From: Amoebophrya sp. A120
Lineage: Eukaryota > Protista > Dinoflagellata
Assembly: GCA_905178155.1 (NCBI GenBank)
Contig: CAJINV010000010.1
Coordinates: 1,571,182-1,635,181 of the forward strand
Length of the DNA stretch: 64,000 nucleotides
Direction: 5' to 3'
Within the stretch, counting starts at the first letter, position 1, and every line of letters begins with the position of its first letter. The translations under genes were made by a program, and so were the position numbers. Under the pieces are notes generated by a model. It did not search any database, had not been told where the DNA came from, and worked only from the letters and a program-made list of their open reading frames with translations. Positions 1-12,500 of the stretch are shown piece by piece.

Positions 1-39
1 CAAGAAGAAGAAGTGGGATTCTAATTAAAAGAAATGGTG

Positions 40-78
40 GCGGCGAAAGCGCGGCCCGCAGGGCCGCGCTTTCGCCGC
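40..78. repeat. Perfect 18-bp GC-rich inverted repeat with a GCA loop
   Basis: gcggcgaaagcgcggccc-gca-gggccgcgctttcgccgc. Confidence 0.9.
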
Positions 79-520
79 GCGGCTGGTTTGGCTTTCGCGC
101 TGGTTAGATTTTCGCGCACGCATTTGGTTACCAATATCGCCCTCCGGGCGCGATCTTCATACCTGTGGTCGTGTGTGTGCTACTGCTAATGTGATGCATT
201 TTTGACAGTCGCAGATGCAGGTCAACATCGCAATGAAGATTTAAAGTGTATCTCGTCTAATTATCTCGAGTCTTCAATTTTGTCGCGCCCGCGACCCTTG
301 TGGAACTCTTTCTAATCCGTCGTCGCCCTCAGTTGTCAGTCGTTTGTTGAAATAGATGGGCTAGAGAGCCTTGATGTATTACAAGGATAGGAAGTCGATT
401 CCACCCTCGTAAACGAATAAAAAGCACCGCGGTGAACTACTACGCGACAAATTTATTACTTTTTCGGTTGTTTTCAACACCAGTTCATCTTCTACAAAGA
501 CGCAAACGAGAAAATCAGCC

Positions 521-3500
521 ATGTCCCCCCCAGCAGCGCAATCCTGCGCTCCCGCAACCACCACCTGGTGGGATCCGCCCAACTGGAAAACGGACCTGCG
601 ACGCCTGATTCAAAGTTTGGTTAGCGATGGCTGCCTCGAGAACAAGACCGACTCCCCAGCAGCAACTGTATTCGTCGAGTCTACCGTGGTCAATTTCGCA
701 ACGCACTTGACGAACTACTCGTTCGCCAACCGGCTGCAATTTGCGTTCGAATTTTTCGCCGATAAGGAGATCGACCTTCTGGGAACAAACCACACCCAGT
801 TTTCCACCCAATTTCTCTCGCGGCTTTTTTACTGGTGCTTCGAAATGGACGAGGCCGAAAAAATGGCTTTGGCAGATCCAGATGGGAAAAATAACGGAGC
901 AGCTGGAACGCAAAATAAACCCGACGACACGCCACAGCGCCTGCGGGATCAAGATGAAGACTTTGAGATGCTGGATGTGAAAGAGCAGGCGGCCATGGTG
1001 GATGAAGATTTCGAATTGGTAGCGATTTTTATAAAAAGGGTTGGAGACCATGATTACCAGGCTGGTGGTTCATCTAGCACGACCATGCAAGAGACGTCCT
1101 CCGCTCTGCCTGGGGGCCATCATCATCATCAAGAAAAAGAACTCGGCGAACTAAACGGGAGTCGCTTCCACGTGTTTCGTATCGTCATTTTCGTTCTGGC
1201 GAAGCTGGCAAAGACGGGGCCAGCGCCGTTTGCCGCCCTCGCGGTCAAACTCCTAGACGTGTACCTGCAGTCTGCGAGCTCAGACTTCCGGAAGGAATTT
1301 CTGTCGATGATGCTTCCGCTGAGAGCGCTGACAGATGAAAAGCTGGAACAAATCTTCGTAAAAGCGCCCCCAAAACTGCAGCAATTTATCCTCACAACTT
1401 GCCTGAAATTGTGCCGGGAAACGAAGACCGCGGTGACAGGACGAGATCATTCTTGTTCTTCTGGACAAAAGACAACGACGAAAGCTGCAGTACTAGACGA
1501 AAAGTCTTCGAGAAAGAACGCGGAAACAAGAACCAACCGGAGCAGGTTTCTGTACGAATTTATCTACCAAAAGAAGCTGATTTCCGACCCGGTGAAGGAT
1601 GTCTTTCCGCTGTGTTGCGTAGTTCCAGAGGAAAGCGAAACAAAATCGAAACCGGAAATGGAAACACAAATTGCGAAACTAACGCCCTGGCTCGAGCGGT
1701 TCTACCCGTGTTTATTAGTGGAAAGGAAAAACGACTGCGCGTTGGGAGACTCGGCGGGAAACCCCTGGTGGCCGGAGAACTGCAGGCCGAAGAGCTGTCT
1801 GTTACCACATGAAGCTTTTGCTCTCAAGGCGGGGAGCGAACAATTATCGGCGGGTCAGAACTACAAAAACGACGGTGCTGCTGGTGGAACAAATCCACTT
1901 CGTGCAGCATCTTCGGCTTTAGCTGGTCGAAAATCTAAGCAGGAGCTGGCGTCTCTCCCCTCCTGGACGCATTTTGGGGACATTTACTGCTTTTTGTTGG
2001 AAAAGATGTTCGCTTCTTTCGGCCAGGATAAAGTAGCACTCGGTTACTGGTACAAATTTTGGGAACAGCACCTGCTTCCCAACGTTCCGAGAATGCACGG
2101 TTTTGACCGCAAATCGGCGTGGACAGTGCGGATTTACGAATTACTGGTGAAGTACAAACCGATGGTGTTTTCCAAAGCGATTCTGCAAGCCACTAACGCC
2201 GCTGTCAATGCGACGCACTGGGTGCGCCACAGTGCGCAACACGGTTGTCAGGGGTGCCACTGGGCTTGGTTTCTGGTGCCGGTGTTGCCGCAGACGATGG
2301 TATTTTGGAAAAGATCTTTAACGACGTTCCAAATCATTACTTAGCGCATATAGCACATTCTTTTGTTGATGGCGATTCCAGAATGAAAAAATAAATGGCT
2401 CGCGAAAATAGATGCACGCTGTTGAGCCGTACTTCTAGATGTTGCCTCTACAACCTGAGTCGTGCAAGATGAGTCCATGTGCAGTTGCTTGAAAAAAAAT
2501 AGAGTTGCATACATACAGGTCGCCCACTGGATCGGTACCTTGCCGGTGATCGAAAATTCGGTCGTGCCGTTTATGGAAGCGTCAGGTTTGAAATCGACAA
2601 AGTTGAAATAATTTGCCATGCGCAAAATGGATGCCAGTTGGACCCCAGTTTCCAAGTGGCGCATGACAAATTTTGGCTGTGCCTAAATCCAGTTTGTAAT
2701 GCTGTTTAGGTACAAAAGATTGACTCTTACTTCTGCAGCTCGAGCTCTAACCCTAAACAGGCTCACAATCGGCCTCACTTGCCTGCTCTGCAACACACGT
2801 ATTTCGCGCCATGCATTTTATGCATGGCAAATCATTTCAACTTTGTCGATTTCAATCCTGACACTCCCATACCGTTTTTGGAGAACTTCGAAACGATGGG
2901 ACAAGAACGCGCAGAAGCAGGTGGAGGTGACTCAGGCAGCATGATAAAGGAACCCTCCACAGATGATGACGCTGATCTCCCGCCAGACCTGAACCTGGAG
3001 CACTCTCTGCAACTCGCCGAAGTCATCGCGACCCTGTTCAACTACGGGGTGGATTTACGGAAAAACGCATCCAAATCCGGCATCAAAAAGGTGATGGAGT
3101 GTTGCGAGCAAGCGCTCGACAAGATCACAGAAACACTCCGCGAAGGACAAGATGAACAGCAGCAACCTGGTGCTGGCACTGGGTCCTCTAGTTGTAGTAC
3201 CTCCGACCTTCTCGAGGAGCAGTATGGCCGCGTTCTCAAATGTTACATTCTCAACTGTTGCATGATTTGTCATACAAAATTGCCATATGCAACCGCACGA
3301 CCAAGCGGCTCCGCATGAGAAATCTCCGAAGGGCTAAACAGCATGGAAATCTGTGCCAAGCTTGTGATGCTAGAGTTGCAAGGTCCTCCCTTTCACTTTC
3401 GCTTTTCTTGCATCACAAATTCATGTAACGGTTGAGAATGTAACAGTTGGGAACTCCATAAGCAGCTGTGGGCGTTTTTCCTCGCCACTTACAACGCCGA

Positions 3501-6500
3501 CCCCGGGTTCACTATGCAAGAAAAAAATTGTGTAAGTGTAACGTCCCTGTAATGCAGAACATGCAACAGAGTTACATCTGTTATGCCAGAAAGCCACGAG
3601 GCCTCTTTTCATGTGTGTTTTCCCTTGCAAGCAATGCATGACAGGTTTTCTCTGTCACGTAGAGCAAACTTGTGATGCTGTTAGCCAAAGGCAACGAAAG
3701 TTACACTAGCACAATTTGTTTCTTGGATATTCACGCACGGCCCTCTACCCTGCATCGAATACGACTTTGCTGAACTGTTGCGGCGACCTGTGGAGCTCAG
3801 GCAGAGGCGGGGGGGAAGAACTCCGAAGACTTCTGGCGGGAAAGGCAAAGGTGGTAAAAAGAAGGGCAAAGGCAAGAAGCGCGGACGAGGTGGCTCTTCG
3901 CCCCAAACCCGAGGACAACATCTAACCCCAATTATTTCCCGCAACAGCCAAATCTTTTCAAACGTGAAGGACTACATCCACAAGCACAAGTTGAAAATCC
4001 AGGAAATTGCGCAGACAAAGTTCTTACCAAATGCAAAAATGTCTGGGTCTGGAACGAAGGATGCAACTTGTGATGCTGAATTTCGATTCTACAAAAATCT
4101 GTATTGCGTGAACAGCAAAAGAGGTCCAGCTTTTGCCACGGCGAGAGGGCATTTCTCATACGGTATAGGCATCAGGAAGCCCTCACAAAATCTGTGATGC
4201 TAGAGCATGCGTCACAGACTTCAGGAGTCACGCAAAGCGTGCATGACAAACCTTGCATTCTTCCAGACCCAGACACTTTTGCATTTGATAGTTCTACGGG
4301 CTTGAGCAGATTGCACGAAAGCTGGACAAGGAGGAAAACGAATTTTGGCGACAGTTTCTGGTGGAAAAGCGAAAGCAGGCGCAGCAGGAAAACAACAGCT
4401 TGGTTGGGAACTTTGATTCAAAAGTCACGAGAGATCAGCTCCGTCTTTCCTTCCTTTTCCAATACATCCACATGGTGACGAACTTTGACTTCAAAAACAG
4501 CAAATCCGCAAAGAATCCCTACGGCCCGCCGATGCAGCAAAACAGGCCGAAGAAGAGCTATTTCCCGAAAAAATCTTCGAATTTCAAGGAGTTGCAGTTT
4601 TGCTTGGTCAAGAAGTGGGATCAGCTGCGGCACATGTTTATGCTCAAATCCATTTTGCGAATTCGAAAAGCGCTGGCCGTTCCTGGGGATAATGGTATGT
4701 CAGCTGTAGTACCTGGCGAAGATGCGTTACTCCAGCACATCCTCCCGGAGGTTTTACTAGCGGCACTTACGACAACGGCGACTGGTGGATCCAATGCAGC
4801 AACTACCAGCGGCGCTGGCATTCCCGCGAAGGCTGCGACTCTGTCAGAAATTATCGCCCCTGACCAGCAGGCAGAGCTGGTCGAGAAGTTGATTTTCGGG
4901 AAGAACGGCACGACCTCGTTGTTTATCACAGAGCAAGAGAAAGATATTCAGGAGTTGATTTTTGACGCGCGAAGGAAGGCGATCAAAAAAGATTTTCGCA
5001 GTAGCAGCATCTACGCATCGCCAAGCGGAAGTTCCGGCGCCCTTCCCTTCTCCTTCGCGATGTGCTTGGAGTTTTTGAAATTCGATGAGAAAAAAGGAAA
5101 GATGTCGGACAAGATCGTTCTGCCAAGCAACAAATTTGCCGGCATAGCCGATATCCGGAACAAAGTCTACAAAATGCTGGAAAATTACGCAGAGACCGGA
5201 CGGGAAGCGCTGTGTTTGTATCTGGCGAATTTGGTGAAAGCGCAGCTCAAGTGGGAAGTCCTTCACCCGGCGGAAGCGAGGGAACAGCTGGGAGCGATGA
5301 TGATGTTACAGGGAAAAAATATTGAAGATCGCGATACCATTCCGGAATTTTTTCAACCCTTTTTCCAAGACCCGAAACTCCGTCCGATCACCAGGCGAAT
5401 CGCGAAAAACATTTTCCAAACGGGAGGCAACTCGCAGTTTTCGTCCTCTCCCTACGAAGAGCACTTGAACGTGAGGAAACTGGTTTTGGATAGAGAATAC
5501 AGAGACAACAAAGCGAGCAACGCGCTCAGCCTGGACATGTGTTGCAGTCCCCAGAACGACATTTCCTCCGACCACGACACGAATCTCATAGCGTTATTGC
5601 GGGACTTGACGGCGCAAGGGAATCCGAACGATACGTCCTCTGTTTATCGCTTCAAATTCTCCGATATCAAATGTAAAAATGTCTGGGTCTGGAAGAATGC
5701 AACTTGTGATGCTGCATTTGGATTCCAGAAAAATCTGTATTGCATGAGTACCAAAAGGAATGTAATTTTTGCAACGCGGAGAGGGCATTCGTCATGCGGA
5801 ATAGGCATCAAGAAGCTCTCAAAAAATCTGTGATGCTAGGGCATGCATCACAGACGTCAGGGCTCATGCAAAACGTGCATGACAAGTGTCAGAATCTTCC
5901 AGACCCAGACATTTTTACATTTGATATCCGATCCGTCGACCGTCGGGAGCTCTGTCGGTCCCTACAAGACGCCACCCGGGCCGGGTGGGAAGCTGTTGGA
6001 GAGGTTTCTCGACTTTGAGATGGAGATTTTAACAGACCTGGTGGAAATGGCGAAAGCTAGTTTGGAAGTGAGTATGGGAGGCGATATGTTAAAAAAGCCA
6101 CTTAATCCGGTCGAGGAACAAGACGAGACGCGCACTGCCGCTGTGCGACAACGTGCGTGCCTGCCCAGTTCATATTATTTTTGAATCATGGTTGGCGCAG
6201 AGCCCCGCGGGGCTCACGGCCACCGAGACCACCACGCGTTTCTTGTTAGGCAGGAATGAACGCAAGGCCAGCAACCTCGGGCGCGCGGGGACTGCTCGGG
6301 CCAATTTTCATCCTTTTGTTTTTATTTGTTGCTTGGCGTGGGCCTAGCGACTGTGGCCTGACCCAGGCCCTCCTCCCCAAGAATCGACGCGCAGCGTGTG
6401 CTTTGGGCCGGGCCGCCGGAGCTCGGCAGCGGCGCATGGCATGCGCATTGCGCTGCGGAGGGGACCTAGCCCGGTGCAGTGCCGACCGTCTAACCTTGTC

Positions 6501-9500
6501 AGTATAGTCGCATTAGGGAGCCGGGGCCCGACGCGAACCCGGCACCCAGCTGCCCTGTTGTCGCACGCGTTCGGCGAGTCGGTATTGACAAGGCGCCCGG
6601 CCGCGTTACGGAGCGCGGCTGCATGCTCCGTTTGCGTTTGGTATGTGGACATAGATATGTGTGAGCTTGTCTTGCCACCATGTGAATTGCTCTAGTGGCC
6701 GTCGTTTATATGTTCTCTTCCGCCCTCTTTGCCGGGGGCGTAGAGCCTTATTTCCAAATGGGGCGCCACCGTGTATTAAATCCCACCTGGTAACAGCGGT
6801 AGGAAAGTAGTGAGGCCGGGATCGGGCGTGAACCGCGCCTGCGTCTGCACGTGCACAGAGCCCATTTTGCGGCGTTTGAGGTGCCCCGTCGGGCTCTAAG
6901 CGGCACAACCTAAAGCTGCAGCGCACTCGTTTCCGCTGGCTATCGTGAGTATTTCCCGATAGCTATCGTAATGGCGATGGTACCGGAATAAGTGAGTGTG
7001 CGTCCATAGTGAGTATGGGAGCAGGCGATATGTTAAAAAAACCACTTACTCCGGTCGAGGAACAAGACGAGTCTGGTTCTCCTCTAGCGAAACGGATTCG
7101 AATTCGGACCAGCCCGGGGGCAGGGACCACAAATGCTGATGCTGGAACCACTGCGACAATGGAAGACCAGGTGATGGGAGGTGTTGATCCCAGAAGCCCA
7201 GCTTCAGGTGGCTCAGTTCTTGCTTCTTATCCTCTCGACGAAAACACCCCGCTGATCTCAATTTTGCTCGCGTCAGCATCACGATCACCCCCTTCTGGTA
7301 CGAAAACCTCCAACACAGCAGCAGCCTCAACCTCTTCACCAGCATCCTTATTCCAAGTTTCGGAAAGTGCGAAAACCAATTTGAAAGTCGCCGCAAGAAT
7401 GGCGCGCAACGAGAAAAACGCGAAGGAGAATTCGGATGCTGAAGCTGCATCGGGTAACAAAGTAGCGATGTCTGATTTGGAGGAGAAATTGGCAGGTTCA
7501 CTGTTTGTGGAGGTGGACTGCTTTGATGATCTCAGTGGTGGTACAACAGCTGGTGCAGCTGCGGGGGCGGCCACGAGAGTTGTTACATCAAAAAGAAACA
7601 AGAACGTCAAAGCTCCTTCCTCACCAGCTGAGCAGGTGGATGACGAGGACGGGGAATTGCTCTTGCTAAAAGACGCGAAGTGGCGTTTTGCGAAGATCGT
7701 TACGTGCTTGAAACTATCAAATGCAAATATGTCTGGGTCTGGAAGGATGCAACTTGTGATGCTGCATCTGGATTCTACAAAAATCTGTATTGCATAAACA
7801 GCAAAAGAGGTTCAGTTTGTGCCACGGCGAGAGGGCATTTCTCATGCGGTTTAGGTATCAGGAGGCCCTCACAAGAGCTGTGATGCTAGGGCATGCATCA
7901 CAGACGTCAGGAGTCATGCAAAATGTGCATGGCAAACCTTGCATCCTTCCAGACCCAGACATTTTTGCATTTGATAGAAACGGTTAACGGAGGTAGTCGA
8001 CGGACAGAAAAACGGGCTTCTCTTCTTCCATCCGAAGACGACGTGGAAAAGGAGAATCGTTTTCTTGGATGTCGTGAATCCTACAAGTACAACGGCCGAC
8101 GGCACTTCAACATCTAGAAGTACTTCACCCACGAGAACGCCGAACAACCCCATTCAACTCGCGGAATTCCTCACCCAATTGAACGCCTATACCATCGAGA
8201 TGCGGTCTCTTTACACGCAAGCGTTCCCATTTCAACACACGACGAATAAGAAATTCGAGCAGCCGATTCGGCAGCTGGATGAGGTTGAAAACTTGCTGAG
8301 CCAATTACTGACGAAGATGCTGAAGAAGATCCTCGCTATCGCGCCGGGCTTCGGGCAGTTTTGTGCGACTGAGGAGAATTATAACGCGGGCATTTTATTT
8401 CCTGCGACAGAAATGACAGAGCACGAGTATGACGCGCTCAGCTGTTACAATCTCAAACGTTAATACTTTAGAATATGGAAATCTGTGATGCAAGAGTGCA
8501 TGATCTAGCACACTCTCATAGGATTGCGCATGACAAGTTCCGGAGCTCCAAACCCCACTACAATCTGGCGAAATTTGTATTGCAGAAAATGAAACGCTCT
8601 GCGAGTCTGTCATGCTCATCACGCAAGACAAATCTCAGATTCTATTGTAACGCTTGAGATTGTCACGCCTGAGTGGGTTATAACGAGCTGTGTTTGTGGG
8701 AACTATTCATTTTCGTAACGGAGTTGCAGTGGCGGAGATTGGCGGCGTACTGCACGAAAGCTACGTCAGAAGATTTTTCTGCTGCCGGCGCCCGAGGTGG
8801 ACAAGGCTTCGACAGCAGTTATTCACCCGAGCTATTAGAGTTGGTGGCGCAAGCAAGACAAAACAACCAAGAACTTTCAAAAAACGGCTTCCAGCTCAAG
8901 TTCCAGGACGAGTTTCTCTTCGACGATTCTGTGAACAATATTTCCACCAGCAAGACCACGACCCAACTGAAAGCGCTCACCGCCGGAATGGCATCTTGTA
9001 TCCACTTGCTCCACAGCATTGTGGATGGGACTTCCTGTAGAAACGAAACTCTGAAAAGAAAATCGGAGGCGAGCAGAAGCTACAACCCAATTTGGAACGT
9101 TTCTTTAAGCTCAACCACGGAGAGCAAGCAGATCCAGACCAACCTCCAGACCTTCTTCACCCGCATGCTGACAAACCTTGGCACGCAAGAACCGATGCTG
9201 GGACCGCACGCGAGCCACGAAGTGGCAGCTATGGGTAGTAGTAGCACCGACCGAAATTTGAAGCCGTTTCCGATCGCGGGAGCGTTTGTAAATGTGTTGC
9301 TACGCTTCGCGGAGATACTTGCTACAACGCCATCACCAGGCACGAACTCCTCTAGTGTAGTTTCTGCGACACGACCAGCAGCAGGAAAGAAAGAGAAAGT
9401 AGATTCGTCTTCTGCCTCCACCGGAACTGTTCTGATTCAAATCGCGACACAGTTTCTTTTCAAAATGTTCACCCTCACCATCCCCCCCGCCGGGCCGAAT

Positions 9501-12500
9501 ACGGCGACTCTCTGGCCGGATGAAAAAGAGGAGCTGAAGGAAGCGAGCAGCGGAAGCAGGAAGATGAACCTGGGATCAGGTAATTCTCAGCCGGATGAGT
9601 ACGCGAAGAATTATTGGCGGAGCGTCCGAAGCAATTGCTGGGCCTGCAGGATGTCGACGTTTGCGGTTTTGCACGCGAGTTTGCGGGACATGGGGCTTGT
9701 TCTAGGTGGAACTATAGAGGATAACTCGGGTACTACTGGCGGGCGCACGACCACAACGGCTGGAACTGCAAACGACGTCGCACAAGAACTGCCGCTATTT
9801 AACGAGCGGTATTTCCTCGCAATGCTTGAATCCGCGGAAACCGAGCAGATCGAATTAATCCGGCAACTGCAAGATCTCCAGCCTGTGGACGTGAAAGATC
9901 CGGAATCGAGGATCGAACGGGTGGTAAAAACGCTGGAAGACGGCTTCTACAGAATGTTGACATCATATCCTATGTAAAAACGTCCCCACCCCATAGTCAA
10001 GATGGGGGATTGGCTAGACAAATCCACAAGTTTTGGCTGTCTTGCATGACAGATTTGGACTCATAGCGTAGTGCTGTTTGAGCTAGCTCAGCAGCATCAC
10101 AGACCTAGCATATCATGCTGATTGGAGCATGACAAATTGCAAAACACGACTGGAAAATGCTTCTCATGGGGCTCCGCATGAGAAACAATTTCAGCAGGCA
10201 GATTTGCAATACAACTATGGTGTGGGGACGTTTTTACATAGGATACATCAACACCCTTCCTGCTCCAGTATCTCCCGAAGCCACAGTTGCTGCTACCACT
10301 GTGCTACCAAACCTGGTTTGCGCAAGTTGTGAAAGTTTTGAAGATATCAAATGTAAAAATGTCTGGGTCTGGAAGAGTCATGCTGTTTCTGCATAACACA
10401 GAAGGTCTGGCATGGAAGCTCTAGCATGGAAGCTCTAGCATCACAGGTTTCGAGAAGCTTCCGCAATGCCGAACCCGCGTGACAAATCCCCCACTTTGGT
10501 GGCAGAAAGTGAGCAGCTTTTGCTGCCTATGCATCAGAGATTTTTGTGTGCTCTGAAATGCGCATGACAAGTTGCTTTGTTCCATACCCAGACATTTTTG
10601 CATTTGGTAGAAGACCTACGCAGCGCGGAAAATCCAAAATGAGCCCGGCCCGGTATCAAAATGAAAAAAGCTCCCACCCCATATCAATGGGAAATCTGTG
10701 ATGCAGGATTTGTGTACACAAATGCGCGCTGTCTTGCAATACGGCATCGCAGCCAGATCCGCAGCCTACGGAGGGACGTTTGGGTCTAGGTGCTTAGCAT
10801 TACAAACGGCTGTGCTCCAGGCCCAACAGCATGCCAAATCGCTTCCATAATGGCGCGGAAGCCTCTGTGTTTGTCTTCTTGCAAGACACGCGCGATCTGT
10901 GGTCTCAAATCAGCAATACAAATTTCGGAAGCATCCTTTTTGATATGGGGAGCGGGGACTTTTCCTCTCAATACCCGGACAGAATTCGCTTCTACGATTG
11001 GCTTTGGAACGAAACAGAGAAACTGCTGAAGATTGGGTTTCAGGCCCATTTGATGAGCTTTAGCGGGTATTGCAGGAGTAGAAACGTTCTGGTGCTGCAG
11101 GATGAACATCAAAGTCAGAGCCAGCAAGGACAACGAACAACTACCGAAAAAGGACAAAACGCGCAGTACTTTTCCCTGACGGAGGTAGAGGCATATGCAA
11201 AACAGCTAGCCGAACCGCTGACGGAGTTACTCCAGCTGCATTTGAAACTTTTCCGAGAAGATATCGCGAAACGGGATTCCGTTGCGAAGCACCATTTCAT
11301 GGAAATTGCAAAGAAATGGCTGCGGCTCGCGAGCGACTGGGAAGAGGGAATTCTGCTGTCCTCCGAAGGGACTGCGCGGAGTTGCCTGCATGCGCTTGCG
11401 GTTTTGAACTCTACTACTTGCAGGGGAAATACTGCGCAGGAGGACCAGCACCAGCAAGCTTCGCCGCTGAAACAGTTCTACGATAAGGAGCTTTACAACC
11501 TGCGCAGACTCGTGATCAAAACTGCGATGGAAATCCAGCTCCCCGTGATACAGCACCAGGACGGTCTTGCGGCGACGAAGAAGTACGTTTGGCTGGTTGA
11601 CTCCACTTTGTACAAGCCCGCGGGCAATCTTATCGTCGATGTGGACTCCTTCGAAAAGCCAAGGGGGATTGAGTCGTTAAACCTGTTGCCCGGGGATGAA
11701 AAAGAGTTCGAAAGACTGCGGAAGCTGTACGTGGAGAGACTTATGGAGTGTATAGAAGAGGACGAGAAGATAATGAAAACGGGACAGCCTACTTCCAACG
11801 GCGGAGGCTTTGTCGGTCGTTCTGACGATGAAAGCGGAAAAATGCACCTCTCCGAGGACTCCAATGGACCTGCATCCTTATCCCCGATCGACGACAACAT
11901 GGGTGTGATTGGTACAACTTCTGCCAACGATAAAGCTGCTGGAGAAAAACCTTCTTCCTTCCTGCGAGATCTCCTGTCCGCGGCCCACCGGAAGAGATTC
12001 GCGGACCGGAGCGAGTATTTGAAAAACTTTTTAGACAAGTTAACGCGGCAACTGCAGGTGTTCCAAAAACCGGACAAGACAACCCCGCTTCTCCCTCTCG
12101 CCGAACAGGCGCGGCTATCTGCGAAACAGCGGACCGAACTGTTTTTGCAGGTTTTCATGGAGCGGAGCGGGTCCCAAGACTCGGAGGAGTTTAAGAAGCA
12201 GGTCTTTGACGCAGGAATTGCGCGGGACAATTCTTCCTCGTTCAGCACCACTACCGGCGGGGCGGCTGGAGTGAAGATGAAACTGCTGCCACTGCCTGAA
12301 GACACAACGATGAAGACTTGGAAAATACATGCCTCCATGTTTTTCAAACGATTCATGTTTTTGATCCGCAGCTCCGTAGGCGAAGGAAGACTGCAGCTGT
12401 TCCATGTATATTTAGACCACTTACTTATTTTCTTCAGGTGCTGGAGTTTCACTTTCAAATACATTTTTGTGGTGAAGATGCTCTCGCTCCAATTTATTTT

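Noticed and set aside
11493-12464. Long minus-strand ORFs (also 16828, 18481, 49649, 59475)
   Set aside because: Antisense shadows of + strand exons or of GC-rich sequence; no motifs
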